From a virus (lineage: Duplodnaviria > Caudoviricetes), in the IMG/VR virus record IMGVR_UViG_3300037067_007801, positions 23,604 to 87,603 of that record: 64,000 nucleotides of DNA, one strand, 5' to 3'. A program made the translations under genes and the position numbers. Below are positions 9,366 through 19,194 of the stretch, in pieces (the stretch's first letter is position 1; each line of letters begins with the position of its first letter). The notes beneath the pieces were generated by a model. That model worked only from the letters and a program-made list of their open reading frames with translations, was not told where the DNA came from and did no database searches.

Positions 9366-12257
9366 ATGGCGCGACGCATCATCTCGGCGGAACAATCTGG
9401 GCCGCTCGCCCTGCGCAACTACGCGCCTGTCAAGGCCGCGCCGCCCATCCCGGTCGCAGCGTTGCAGAAGATCAATCTTGCGAGCCCCGACGCTTCGCAG
9501 ATGCAGCGCACGCGGTTCGGCCGTTCGATCTCCGCGGACATGATCGAGATCGTGTTGAAGCGTGCGGCACTTGGCCAGATGCGCGACCTGACCGACTTGA
9601 TTCGCGAGAGCATCTTCTACGACCCCCACTACGCTGGCGTGCTCCGCAAGCGTCTCGGAACCGTTGCTGCTCTCCCGTGGGAGGTTCGATCAGCCGAGGG
9701 TCCTGACGTCGACAAGGACTTGGCTCGAGACTACGCAGCGATCGTCCGTGCTCAGATCTGCAACATGGTGAACTTCCGCGACTTCCTTCAGGACCTCGCG
9801 TGGGGTGTTGTCGATGGCCGCGCCGCGAGTGAGCTTGACTGGATGCCGATCCAGCCGATGACTGTTGGCAAGAGCACGGCGTCCATGGCCATTGCGCGCA
9901 TCCTGTACATCCACCCGAGGCGTCTGAACTTCGGTCCGACTCGGTATCTCGTCGTGACCGACGACTCGAAGTCTGGGTCTGGAGCTCGCTTCTCGACTGA
10001 AGGTTACTCACTGGATCCGGTCGAGTTGAAGAAGCAGAAATTGTACCGCAAGTACGTCCAGTGGATGCCGCGTCAGTTCGGCGACTACCAGGAGATGGAG
10101 GGAATCGGCTGCCGGTCTCTCATCTGGGCGTTCTTCAAGCGGTTCGCACAACGCGACCGCATGCAGCTTCTCGAACTGTTCGGTAAGCCGTGGCGTGTCG
10201 GAGTTCCAGGAGATGACAGCGACACGAGTCAGGAAGATCTGATCGCCGCCAAGGCTGCGATCGATGGTCTCGGTTCCACCTATAGCGCCCTGCTTCCGCG
10301 TGGCGTCGACATCAAAGTTCTGGCCCCTGGAGACACGGCCGGGAACGTTCACAAGGACGTGATCGCTGAGTGCGACCGGCAGATCTCGAAGCTCGTTCTC
10401 GGACAGACTGGCACGACGGACAACATGGCCGGTGGTCTCAATACATCACAGGCCAGCGTCATGCAGGACGAACAGTTCGCCATTCTGACGAACGACGCAC
10501 TGACAATGGCACAGGTCATCGAAGACCAAGTGACTGATGCGATCATCGAGGTCAACTTCGGTGCCGACCAGTTGCCGAACGCTCCGCACTTCGTGTTGCG
10601 CAGCGATCTGCCTCCGAATCGAAACGCGGAGTTGGATCGTCTCGACAAGGCGTTGAAGGCTGGGCTCGAGGTAGAGGTTGACGAAGCGTACGAGGTGTCC
10701 GGATTCCGACGTCCGGAGGAAGACGCCACGGTCATCAAGATGGACCAGCCTCCGAGTTCGCCCATGTCGCCGGTTCCACCTGCACCGCGGCCTGTCATCG
10801 TGTACCCGCCTGGAGCCTCGCCGGCCGTTGGAGAACAGCAACCGATCGCCGAGACCGCGGACGTGGGAGAGGGGAGTCGAACGTCTCCAGCTGGGCAGGC
10901 TGGAGTTTCCGATGTCGCGAGCATCGTCACTGTGAACGAAGCTCGTGCAGGTCAGGGCTTGCCGCCGTTGACGACGCCAGATGGTGCTGAAGATCCGGAC
11001 GGCAACCTGACGATCGCCGAGTTCAACAAGAGACGAGCACCGCAAGAACCAGTTGTCCCTCCTGTCGAACCGGATGCCGAACCAGAGGTTGAGGAGGACG
11101 AGGACGAGGACGAAGACGACAAAGACGTGTCAGAGATTGCCGCGTCTTCATTCTCGTCTCGCCGCTTCCCGGAACTGGACAGCGAGGAGTCTGTACTGAA
11201 CGTTGTGCGCGCAGAAATGGAACTGGACGACGCCGCAGAGATCGTGCGCGTTGATCGTCGTATTCTCCTTGCGAACGAGCATGGCGAACCCGAGACCGTT
11301 TTCGGTTCACCCGACGAGATCGTGAAGCGTGGCGAGCGCGAACTGTACGGCGCGACGAACGCATGGGCCGACCACTTCGAAGCGGCTGTACGTGACCAGT
11401 CCACGGCTGTTGGAATCTACAACGCCATGGTGCGTGCGTCCGAGAAGTTGGACCTCAATCTCTATGCGCGCCCGCTCGAGAGACGGATGCGACAGGGTGC
11501 GGCACTCGGCTGCCTGGACAACGCGCTCGAGGTCGGGCAGATCGACGCGGATGGTGACGAGAAGACCGGTTGGAATCTGAGCGCATCGCCGGACATCATG
11601 GTCGTCGAGCGTCTGTCACTAGCGATGAAGACGCCGTTCGCCAAGATGCCGTTCAAGGACGCGATGAACTGGTTCAGGGCGCGCAAGGTACTGCCGCGAG
11701 CCAAGTTCGAGGCCATGACGGCAGACGTGCGGCGCCGTTCATTCACCGTCGCTGGCGTCCAGTCCACTGAGATGTTGACCGTGTTGCAGGCCGAACTTGC
11801 ACGTCAAGTTGGTGAAGGTGGCGACCTGCGCGAGTTCTCGAAGTTCATGAAGAAGCGGCTCGTGTCGGCTGGAATGGTCGCGAGCAAGCTGCCCGAGTCC
11901 GGAGCGTTGAGCGCGAGTCACATTGAGAACGTGTTCCGCACAAACATGGCGAACTCGTATCAGGCAGGTCGGTACACGCATGCTACACAGCCCGAGGTGA
12001 TGCGCGCACGGCCGATCTGGCAGTGGCGCTCGTTGCAAGATTTCCCTCGCGCTCGAGCAACACACGCTGCGGCGAATGGAAAGATGCTCTACGCATCCGA
12101 CCCGTTCTGGCTGACGTGCTATCCGCCGGCCGGCTTCCAATGTCGTTGCCGTGTCATCACGCGCGACAAGAGTTACGCGAACCAAGTTGGTTCTCGATCC
12201 GACTTCGCTGGACTTCCTGATTCCGGATTCACGTCCGGTGTTTCTTCTCTGCTGTAG
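9366..12257 (+). CDS. Mu gp29-like (DUF935) portal protein fused to MuF/gp30-like minor head domain
   Basis: N-half: ...ELFGKPWRVG...ISKLVLGQT; C-end: SFTVAGV...IENVFRTNMANSYQAGR...WQW...RATH...YPPAGFQCRCRV (MuF signature). Confidence 0.85.
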   Translation: MARRIISAEQSGPLALRNYAPVKAAPPIPVAALQKINLASPDASQMQRTRFGRSISADMIEIVLKRAALGQMRDLTDLIRESIFYDPHYAGVLRKRLGTVAALPWEVRSAEGPDVDKDLARDYAAIVRAQICNMVNFRDFLQDLAWGVVDGRAASELDWMPIQPMTVGKSTASMAIARILYIHPRRLNFGPTRYLVVTDDSKSGSGARFSTEGYSLDPVELKKQKLYRKYVQWMPRQFGDYQEMEGIGCRSLIWAFFKRFAQRDRMQLLELFGKPWRVGVPGDDSDTSQEDLIAAKAAIDGLGSTYSALLPRGVDIKVLAPGDTAGNVHKDVIAECDRQISKLVLGQTGTTDNMAGGLNTSQASVMQDEQFAILTNDALTMAQVIEDQVTDAIIEVNFGADQLPNAPHFVLRSDLPPNRNAELDRLDKALKAGLEVEVDEAYEVSGFRRPEEDATVIKMDQPPSSPMSPVPPAPRPVIVYPPGASPAVGEQQPIAETADVGEGSRTSPAGQAGVSDVASIVTVNEARAGQGLPPLTTPDGAEDPDGNLTIAEFNKRRAPQEPVVPPVEPDAEPEVEEDEDEDEDDKDVSEIAASSFSSRRFPELDSEESVLNVVRAEMELDDAAEIVRVDRRILLANEHGEPETVFGSPDEIVKRGERELYGATNAWADHFEAAVRDQSTAVGIYNAMVRASEKLDLNLYARPLERRMRQGAALGCLDNALEVGQIDADGDEKTGWNLSASPDIMVVERLSLAMKTPFAKMPFKDAMNWFRARKVLPRAKFEAMTADVRRRSFTVAGVQSTEMLTVLQAELARQVGEGGDLREFSKFMKKRLVSAGMVASKLPESGALSASHIENVFRTNMANSYQAGRYTHATQPEVMRARPIWQWRSLQDFPRARATHAAANGKMLYASDPFWLTCYPPAGFQCRCRVITRDKSYANQVGSRSDFAGLPDSGFTSGVSSLL

Positions 12258-12267
12258 TTCACAGTCC

Positions 12268-12302
12268 AAGATTTCGACATCAAACTGACGTTGCCGCATA
12301 GT
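12268..12302 (+). promoter_or_regulatory. putative late promoter (class L, copy 1)
   Basis: AAGATTTCGACA-17bp-CATAGT; recurs at 14632 and 24499. Confidence 0.75.
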
Positions 12303-12367
12303 GGTGTCGAACATGGCCCCACCTCCGCGACATTGTGTCGCGTGGGCAACCAGCCAGGGAGGACCCA

Positions 12368-14578
12368 ATGACGACACCCGGACTCGGAAGGCATCGAGCA
12401 CTGAAGCGTCTCACCGACGCCCACATCGCGAACGTCAGCAACCCGCACAGCGTGACCGCTGCGCAACTCGGGCTCACTGGTCCGATGGACTACAAAGGAA
12501 ACGTCGCGGCTGCGGCGAACTTCCCGACTCCCGCCACCGTTTTGAACGGTGATACCTACAGGTGCTCGTCCCCGTGCACCGACAACGATCCGACGAAGAC
12601 CAATACCGGGCAGACATTCGTGTACGGCGAATTGCTCACCTGGAACGGCACCGGGTGGGATGTCTTCGAAGGTGATCTGACTCCGGCGGCTCAGACGGCT
12701 GGTGCTGGCGCGGTCGGTGTCGCGATTCCGATCACGGCTGGTGCTGGTTCTGCGGCTGCGGCTGCGGTTGCTGGTGCGCTCGGTGGCGCTCTCACGATGG
12801 CTGGTGGCGCTGGTGGTGCCTCGGATGGTACCGATCTCGCTGCGGCCGGTGGGACCGCCTCTCTCACGGGTGGTGCTGGTGGTGCCGCGCACACGGCGGT
12901 TGCCGGTGCGAATGGCGCAACTGCCACGCTCGCTGGCGGTGTCGGTGGTCTCGGTTCTGCTGGTGCCGCGGCTGGCAACGGTGGAAACGCCGTCATGAAC
13001 GCAGGTCACGGAGGGGCCACTGGTGGTGGTGGTGCCGGTACCGATGGCGTAGTTCAGATCGGTTCTGCCAACACCTCGGCTGTCCAGATCGGAAACACGA
13101 CCGACAACCCGGCAACTACGTTCCTCGGAACTGGTACCGTCACGATCCCGACCTTCCTTGCCAATGGTCGCGCGAATCAGGCGATTACTCCGGCCGCACA
13201 GGTTGCTGGCGCTGGCACGGTCGGCGCGAATGTCACGGCAACGGCTGGCGCCGGTTCTGCGGCGGTCGGTGCTGCGGCTGCCGCAGTCGGTGGTGCACTT
13301 GCTGCAACTGGCGGTGTCGGTGGTGCGTCTGATGGTACGGGCGCTGCGGCGAATGGCGGGACAGCTGCACTTCGCGGTGGTGCCGGTGGCGCTGCGCATA
13401 CCGCCATCGTCGGTGGGATCGGTGCGACGGCAACGGTAGCCGGTGGTGCCGGTGGTGCTGGGTCTGCTGGCGCAGCCGGTGGCGCTGGCGGAAACGCTCT
13501 GCTCAACGCCGGTCCTGGTGGTGTGACTGGTGGTGCTGGTGCTGGCGCGGATGGGAACGTTCAGATCGGCTCGGCTGATACCGCCGTGATTCAGATCGGG
13601 AACGTCACGGATAACCCGGCTACCACGTTCCTCGGCACGGGCATCGTTACGATTCCGACGCTGCTGGTCAACGGACTGGCGAATCAGGCCATTACGCCCG
13701 CTGCGCAGACCGTTGCCGGGACCGTCGGTGCGAATGTCACCGCGACTGCCGGTGCCGGTTGCATCGCTGGCGGTGTCGCTGGTGCGATGGGCGGTGCGTT
13801 CGCGGCGGCTGGCGGTGTCGGCGGCGCTTCGGACGGTGCTGCTGCTGCTGGTGATGGTGGAACGGCAGCCATGACGGGTGGCGCGGGTGGCGCGGCTCAC
13901 ACGGCCATCGTTGGCGGTGTTGGCGCAACAGCGACGGTCACTGGTGGCGCGGGCGGCGCTGGTTCGGCTGGCGCGGCTGGCGGGGCCGGTGGCAATGCCG
14001 TCTTCAACGCGGGCGCTGGTGGCGTGACGGGCGGCGGTGGTGCTGGTGCGAACGGCAACGTGCTCGTCGGGTCGGCGAACACCGCGGCGATCATCCTCGG
14101 CAACGTCACGACAAACCCGGGTGTCCAGCTTCTCGGCACCGGGAACATCAACCTACTCGGCGGTGGCGCGATTCTGCACCCCGACCTCGTTCGCGTGACG
14201 ATCGTCGCGACTGGTGGCGTCGGTGGCGCGACGGCCGGGACGATCAGCGTCCAGGTCAGCGACCTCGCCGGGACCGCGATCGGCCGGGCCGTCAAGCTCC
14301 GGCTCGACTCGAGTCTGACGCAGTTCGGTGGTGGTGTCGGCGCGACTGGCACCGCGTTCTTCGGTGCTGCTACGACTGGCGTGATCAACCACGGGACGGG
14401 CACCCTGTATGCCATCGTCACGACCGACGCTACCGGGCTCTACGAGGGTGCGCTCGCGGACAACGCCGATGAGACCGCGTGGTTCAGCGCGACGCACGCC
14501 TGTGGCGGGTTCGCGAACGCCGCCGAGGGCTGCATCGTTGTCGAGTGCGTACCGAACGACGCGACCTGGGCTGCGTAG
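12368..14578 (+). CDS. Gly/Ala-rich virion protein with ~169-aa internal triplication (head fibre/decoration candidate)
   Basis: TPAAQ...GGASDG...GGAAHTA...QIGSA.T...GN.TDNPATTFLGTG blocks start near 12679, 13186, 13693; ATG 12368 after GGAGG. Confidence 0.75.
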   Translation: MTTPGLGRHRALKRLTDAHIANVSNPHSVTAAQLGLTGPMDYKGNVAAAANFPTPATVLNGDTYRCSSPCTDNDPTKTNTGQTFVYGELLTWNGTGWDVFEGDLTPAAQTAGAGAVGVAIPITAGAGSAAAAAVAGALGGALTMAGGAGGASDGTDLAAAGGTASLTGGAGGAAHTAVAGANGATATLAGGVGGLGSAGAAAGNGGNAVMNAGHGGATGGGGAGTDGVVQIGSANTSAVQIGNTTDNPATTFLGTGTVTIPTFLANGRANQAITPAAQVAGAGTVGANVTATAGAGSAAVGAAAAAVGGALAATGGVGGASDGTGAAANGGTAALRGGAGGAAHTAIVGGIGATATVAGGAGGAGSAGAAGGAGGNALLNAGPGGVTGGAGAGADGNVQIGSADTAVIQIGNVTDNPATTFLGTGIVTIPTLLVNGLANQAITPAAQTVAGTVGANVTATAGAGCIAGGVAGAMGGAFAAAGGVGGASDGAAAAGDGGTAAMTGGAGGAAHTAIVGGVGATATVTGGAGGAGSAGAAGGAGGNAVFNAGAGGVTGGGGAGANGNVLVGSANTAAIILGNVTTNPGVQLLGTGNINLLGGGAILHPDLVRVTIVATGGVGGATAGTISVQVSDLAGTAIGRAVKLRLDSSLTQFGGGVGATGTAFFGAATTGVINHGTGTLYAIVTTDATGLYEGALADNADETAWFSATHACGGFANAAEGCIVVECVPNDATWAA

Positions 14579-14631
14579 TAGTTCTCCGTCTCACTCCAAA
14601 ATAAACAAGTCGTGTTGACGCTCGCTCAACG

Positions 14632-14666
14632 AAGATTTCGACAGCGATTCGACGTTGCTGCATAGT
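14632..14666 (+). promoter_or_regulatory. putative late promoter (class L, copy 2)
   Basis: AAGATTTCGACA-17bp-CATAGT, shares GACGTTGCxGCATAGTGGT with copy 1. Confidence 0.75.
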
Positions 14667-14703
14667 GGTCTCGAAAGACGCTACGAACTGGAGCGCATAA
14701 CCA

Positions 14704-16293
14704 ATGACCGAAGCCACGCGCAAGTTGTTCCGAGTTCCCGCCGTGCAGTTGGACGGGATGTCGGAACCGAACGATCGTCCGAAGTGGCAGCATGTCGCGA
14801 CATCTGGCACGTACGCTGGGTACGTCAAGGCAGGCGGTCAACTGTCGTTCGAGTTCACGCGCAAGACGTTTGAGGAGATGGTCGCGAACCTTCGCGCGAT
14901 GCCAGAGTACCACAAGGGTGCGGACGGCTTCGGTGACAAGGATACGATCCCGTGGGACTTCGAGCACGCGACCGACGCATTCGCGTCTGAAGTTGCGGTG
15001 ACCGGAGCACCGGCACAGGGATGGGTGCTCGATCTCGACATCCGAACTGGTACGGACGGCACAGTACAACTCTGGGCTCTAACCCGGTGGCTTCCGACTG
15101 CGGAACAGTACGTGCGCGACGGCGCTTACAAGTGGGCATCGGTGTCATGTCTCTTCAATGCGGTCGATCCGAAAAGCGGACAGCGCGTTGGCGCGAAGGT
15201 CTACGCCATCGCGATCACGAACACGCCGTTCATTCAGGGCTTGCAGCAACTCGCCGCGTCTCGTCTGAACGGTTGGTTCGAAGCTGTGTCGACTCCGTTA
15301 CAGGCCGTTGCCGCACTCAAGGAAATGCTCGGGCTGAAAGAGACGGACGACGTTGGCGCGGTCATGGCCGAAGTCGCTCGCATGCGGCAATGGCTCGAAT
15401 TAAACGCGGTCCCGCTCGGTGTCGACATGGAAGGGATTATCGGCGCGATCCGCAAGGTGCTCGTGCTGCCGGCCCTGACGCCGGCCGCGTCTGTGTTGGA
15501 TGAAGTGTCAAGAATCGCGAGCGCGTTGCTTGCCGAACAGGCTGCCACGACTCGACAGCAAACCGGGCCGACGATGGCCTCGACAGAAGGAGACATGGAA
15601 ATGCTGAAGACTCTCTCGAAGGAACTGGGCGTTCGCGAGGGGGAAACCGAGGTCGTCGCGGCCGTGAAGGACTCGGTGTCCCTGCGCGCACAGGTGAAGG
15701 CGGCGATCGGCGCCACGAAGGACACCACTGAGGCGCTCTGTGCCGAGGTGGTCGAGCTGACCGCGGACCGCAAGGGGCTCGTGTCCCTGCGCAAGGCGCT
15801 CGGCGCTTCGACGCACGAGGACGCCGTGTCCCGCGTGGCGGTGCTGCTCGAGGCCGAGAAGAAACTCGGCGAGCTCGAGCCGAAGCACAAGGCGCTCGAG
15901 GCCAAGATCGCGGAGCAGGACAAGGCGAAGGCCGAGACCGAGGTCCGCGAGGTTCTGGCCGCGCGGCGTCTGTCCGACGACATGTTCGACGCGCTGCTCG
16001 AGCTGCGACTGAACAAGCCGGAGAAGTTCGTCGAGCGGTTCCCGAAGCTCGGCGACAAGGCCGTGTTGACGCAGCCGGGTGTCGCGGGCAAGCCGGTCAT
16101 CACGGCTCCTGCCGCTGGTGCCACGGATGACGCCACGGTCATCGATCTGACGGCGACGAAGGGTCGCAACCTGACGAACCGCCTCATGACCTGGGTGCGG
16201 AGCAACGAGACGAACATGGCGACTGCCGATCACGACAAGGTGTGGCGGCGGGCCTGCGAACTGAAACGAACCGGAAAGGTAGTCGGTCAGTGA
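14704..16293 (+). CDS. Mu gpI-like prohead protease/scaffold
   Basis: IPWDFEHATD...PAQGWV...RWLPTAEQYVRDGAYKWASVS...AITNTPFIQGL; coiled-coil scaffold C-terminus. Confidence 0.88.
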   Translation: MTEATRKLFRVPAVQLDGMSEPNDRPKWQHVATSGTYAGYVKAGGQLSFEFTRKTFEEMVANLRAMPEYHKGADGFGDKDTIPWDFEHATDAFASEVAVTGAPAQGWVLDLDIRTGTDGTVQLWALTRWLPTAEQYVRDGAYKWASVSCLFNAVDPKSGQRVGAKVYAIAITNTPFIQGLQQLAASRLNGWFEAVSTPLQAVAALKEMLGLKETDDVGAVMAEVARMRQWLELNAVPLGVDMEGIIGAIRKVLVLPALTPAASVLDEVSRIASALLAEQAATTRQQTGPTMASTEGDMEMLKTLSKELGVREGETEVVAAVKDSVSLRAQVKAAIGATKDTTEALCAEVVELTADRKGLVSLRKALGASTHEDAVSRVAVLLEAEKKLGELEPKHKALEAKIAEQDKAKAETEVREVLAARRLSDDMFDALLELRLNKPEKFVERFPKLGDKAVLTQPGVAGKPVITAPAAGATDDATVIDLTATKGRNLTNRLMTWVRSNETNMATADHDKVWRRACELKRTGKVVGQ

Positions 16294-16307
16294 ACGGAGG
16301 AAGGAAA

Positions 16308-17624
16308 TTGACATCCACCGTCCGCTATTGAAGCGGGCGACTTCCTGGTGAAACGTGAGAAGCACGAGACAGAGCAGGTTGGTTCGCAGTTCGACGACCG
16401 ATGCGCGACTTGGCGAGGGCCTTGCCACGTCTTCTACGGTCTCCCTGCGCGTTTACCCTGTCGGAGTGTCCCTCCGCCAGAATGTTCTGTGCTGCGTTCT
16501 CGTCACGGTCGTGTACTGCCCCGCACTCTGGGCAAGCCCACTCACGGACGGAGAGCGGCAAGCGTTCGACGATGTGCCCGCAGTCGTGGCACCGTTTGCT
16601 GGATGGGAAGAAGCGATCCACCTTGGCGAGCGTCTTCCCGTAGCGGTCGCACTTGTACTCCAGGAGTCGCGCGAACTGGCCCATCGAAGCGTCACTGAGA
16701 GCGCGGGCGAGACAGTGGTTTTGGACCATACCGCACACGTTCAAGTCTTCGATGCAGATCGTGTCGAACCGGCGAACGATGTCGGTGGTGACCTTGTGCA
16801 TGTGGTCGAGACGCGAGTCGGAGATCTGCGACTGAATGCGGGCGACCTTGATACGTTGGCGATCTCGTCGGTGACTTCCTTTCTTGCGTCGCGCGAGCAC
16901 GCGCTGTGCCTTGGCGAGTTTACGGGCCTTTTTCTGGGACAGACGCGGGTTGACGACGTGTTCGCCGTTGGACAGGGTGGCGAGCCGGTTGATACCGAGA
17001 TCGATGCCGATGGACTCGCCGGTCTTCGGCAAGGGGGCAACTGGTTCATCGAGAACCAACGTGATGAAGTACCGTCCATCGCTGCGCTTGGTTATCGTCG
17101 CAGTAGTGGGAGTACTCGTGAAGGTTCTCGACCAGTGGACATCGAGGAGACCGAGTTTGGCGATAGTCAGGTTGCGGTTGGCAGCGTCATACTTGAAGGC
17201 GCTCAACGTGTACTCTGCGGCCTGTGGACCGTGCTTTTTCTTGAAGGACGGGTAGCCGGTGCGCTTGCCGAAGAAGTTCCGGAACGCGGTTTGAAGATGC
17301 CGAAGCGCCTGTTGCGTCGGGACGCAGGAGATCTCGTTGAGCCATGCAGTTCGCTTCTGCTTCTTCAACTGCGTGAGGGCGGAAGACGAGGCGTTGTAGT
17401 TTACGTTCTCTCCGACGTGGTGAGCATCGGTGCGAGCGCGGAGTGCCCAGTTGTAGACGAAACGACAGGCTCCGAAGGTCCGCGCCAGCACGCGCTCTTG
17501 CGGCGGAGTTGGGTAGAACCGGAATCTGTAACGGATTTTCACAATATCAACCGTACTCGTGTGAAAGACGCGAGTCAAGAAAGGATTGACGCTTCCCCTG
17601 TCGTTTGAAAACGACAGCATCTGC
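16308..17624 (-). mobile_element. non-autonomous IS200/IS605-family (IS1341-like, tnpB-only) element
   Basis: Right end (minus strand) ...CGCCCGCTTCAATAGCGGACGGTGGATGTCAA ends at 16308; left-end hairpin CTGTCGTT-TTCA-AACGACAG at ~17598-17617; no tnpA; left boundary uncertain. Confidence 0.8.
16325..17542 (-). CDS. tnpB: RNA-guided endonuclease TnpB (IS605 OrfB)
   Basis: YRFRFYPT HTH start, GIDLG (RuvC-I), IEDLNV (RuvC-II), CHDCG/CPECG Zn finger, DRDENAA (RuvC-III); GTG start at 17542 inferred. Confidence 0.95.
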   Translation of the reverse strand: MKIRYRFRFYPTPPQERVLARTFGACRFVYNWALRARTDAHHVGENVNYNASSSALTQLKKQKRTAWLNEISCVPTQQALRHLQTAFRNFFGKRTGYPSFKKKHGPQAAEYTLSAFKYDAANRNLTIAKLGLLDVHWSRTFTSTPTTATITKRSDGRYFITLVLDEPVAPLPKTGESIGIDLGINRLATLSNGEHVVNPRLSQKKARKLAKAQRVLARRKKGSHRRDRQRIKVARIQSQISDSRLDHMHKVTTDIVRRFDTICIEDLNVCGMVQNHCLARALSDASMGQFARLLEYKCDRYGKTLAKVDRFFPSSKRCHDCGHIVERLPLSVREWACPECGAVHDRDENAAQNILAEGHSDRVNAQGDRRRRGKALAKSRIGRRTANQPALSRASHVSPGSRPLQ

Positions 17625-17639
17625 GTCAAGGAGGAATCG

Positions 17640-18038
17640 ATGACCGAACTTACCAGAGTGGTTCCGGACAAGGGCATCCGCCAGGTGTACAACGGCACCG
17701 GCGGCACGCTGTTGCAGGGCAGCTTCGTCAAACTGAAGGCGGCCCCCACGTACAAGAACCAGATCGAGGCCGCGGACGGCAACACCGATGCGTATTACGG
17801 TGTGCTGACGGCAGACCTCGCCGACCTCTCCTACGGCGACTGCCAGATCGAGGGTGTTGCTCTCGTGCTCGGTGGCGAGGCCGTCGCTGTCGGTGCCAGG
17901 GTGATGCCTGGTCTTACCGGCACGGGGTTCACTTGCACGGCGGGAAACAGCGTTGTCGGCATCGCCGTCACGCTCGGGGCTGCTGCAACTCTGTTCGAGG
18001 TCGAACTGGCCAAGGGCAGCGCCAGGATGCCTGGCTAG
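17640..18038 (+). CDS. head decoration/cement protein (DUF2190-like)
   Basis: 132 aa, between protease and capsid, AxxGxxxxYGV...GxxVxVGAxV pattern; GGAGG RBS. Confidence 0.7.
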   Translation: MTELTRVVPDKGIRQVYNGTGGTLLQGSFVKLKAAPTYKNQIEAADGNTDAYYGVLTADLADLSYGDCQIEGVALVLGGEAVAVGARVMPGLTGTGFTCTAGNSVVGIAVTLGAAATLFEVELAKGSARMPG

Positions 18039-18057
18039 GCCAGGAAGGAGCAATCAG

Positions 18058-19107
18058 ATGAATTCCAACAGCATGTTCAAGCTCTCTGGCATCAACGCCG
18101 GTTTCAACGGCGGCTCGGTGCAGGCGATCGACGTCCAGACGGGGCAGCGCGTGTCGCTGTCTCTGGCGCCGTCGGACGTTCACGACGCGAGCGAGGTTCC
18201 GGAGCTTCTCCAGAGCTACAAGTCCATGAAGTTCCGGGCGGATGAGATCTGCCCGGTGATTCCGGTGGATCAGCTCTCGGACAAGTACCGGATCTTCTCG
18301 AGCGACAACGCGTTCCAGCCCGTGGTCGTGAAGACCTCCGGCGAGGCGGCGGTTGCCGAGGTGGATCCCGAGTCGGCTCTGTCCACCTACACCTGCGTGC
18401 TCCGCGCGATCGGTTGCTTCATTTCGGCCCAGACCGAGATGAGCGCCGAGTTCGACGTGAAGGCGCGTGCGGCGAAGCGGTGTGCGGACGCCATCTACCG
18501 TGACATCGAGATCGACGTCATGACGATGCTCGGCACGAACACCAACTGGAACGCCGCGGTTCGCACGGCGGCCGGCACGGCGTGGGATCAGGCTGGCTCG
18601 ACGCCGATCGTCGATCTCCAGACCGCGATCCGCAAGTCGTACCAGGAGGTCAAGGCGATCGCCATCAACCTCCAGACGGCTTTCGCGCTGATCAACCATG
18701 ACGACACGAAGGACCTGATGCGGCAGTTCAAGGGCGACCTGCCCGTGAGCGACGCGCTGAACCAGATCGCGAAGGCGCCGATGTCCTCGATCGACTTCAC
18801 GATCCCGACGCTGCCGCCGTTCAAGGTGGTCGGGTCGCAGTACGTGAACGGCGCCGGCACGAAGGTCGACACGCTCGGCAAGGTTGCCGTGCTCATCTGC
18901 GGGCCGGACATCCCGATGCCGGATGAGATCATGTCGGCGGCGTCGTTCCGCTGGCGCGGGCCGTCGGGCACCGGCTGGAGCTCCCGCGAGTTCACGGTCG
19001 ATGCGCGCGGTCCTTGGGGCGGCACCATGATGGTCGTGAGCGAGGCGTCGGCTCAGGTGATGGTTGCCAACATCGCTGGCGGCATCATCACGAACACCGC
19101 GACGTAG
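18058..19107 (+). CDS. major capsid protein
   Basis: ~350 aa, position after protease/decoration, FRADEICPVIPVDQLSDKY...TPIVDLQ...HK97/gpE-like pattern; AGGAG RBS. Confidence 0.8.
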   Translation: MNSNSMFKLSGINAGFNGGSVQAIDVQTGQRVSLSLAPSDVHDASEVPELLQSYKSMKFRADEICPVIPVDQLSDKYRIFSSDNAFQPVVVKTSGEAAVAEVDPESALSTYTCVLRAIGCFISAQTEMSAEFDVKARAAKRCADAIYRDIEIDVMTMLGTNTNWNAAVRTAAGTAWDQAGSTPIVDLQTAIRKSYQEVKAIAINLQTAFALINHDDTKDLMRQFKGDLPVSDALNQIAKAPMSSIDFTIPTLPPFKVVGSQYVNGAGTKVDTLGKVAVLICGPDIPMPDEIMSAASFRWRGPSGTGWSSREFTVDARGPWGGTMMVVSEASAQVMVANIAGGIITNTAT

Positions 19108-19114
19108 TAGCAGT

Positions 19115-19180
19115 CGCGGGAATGGCCGGGAGTTAGGGTCCCGGGCAACCCGCCCGCCTATCCTCCCGGTCGCACCCGCG
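19115..19180 (+). other. GC-rich nested stem-loop downstream of capsid gene (terminator/attenuator or small structured RNA)
   Basis: CGCGGG/CCCGCG, GGCCGGGAG/CTCCCGGTC and TAGG/CCTA nested pairings; no U-tract. Confidence 0.5.
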
Positions 19181-19194
19181 GCATGGAGGACAAA

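Noticed and set aside
19115-19180. tRNA or known riboswitch
   Set aside because: No cloverleaf, TTCGA loop or CCA; kept only as an unassigned stem-loop.
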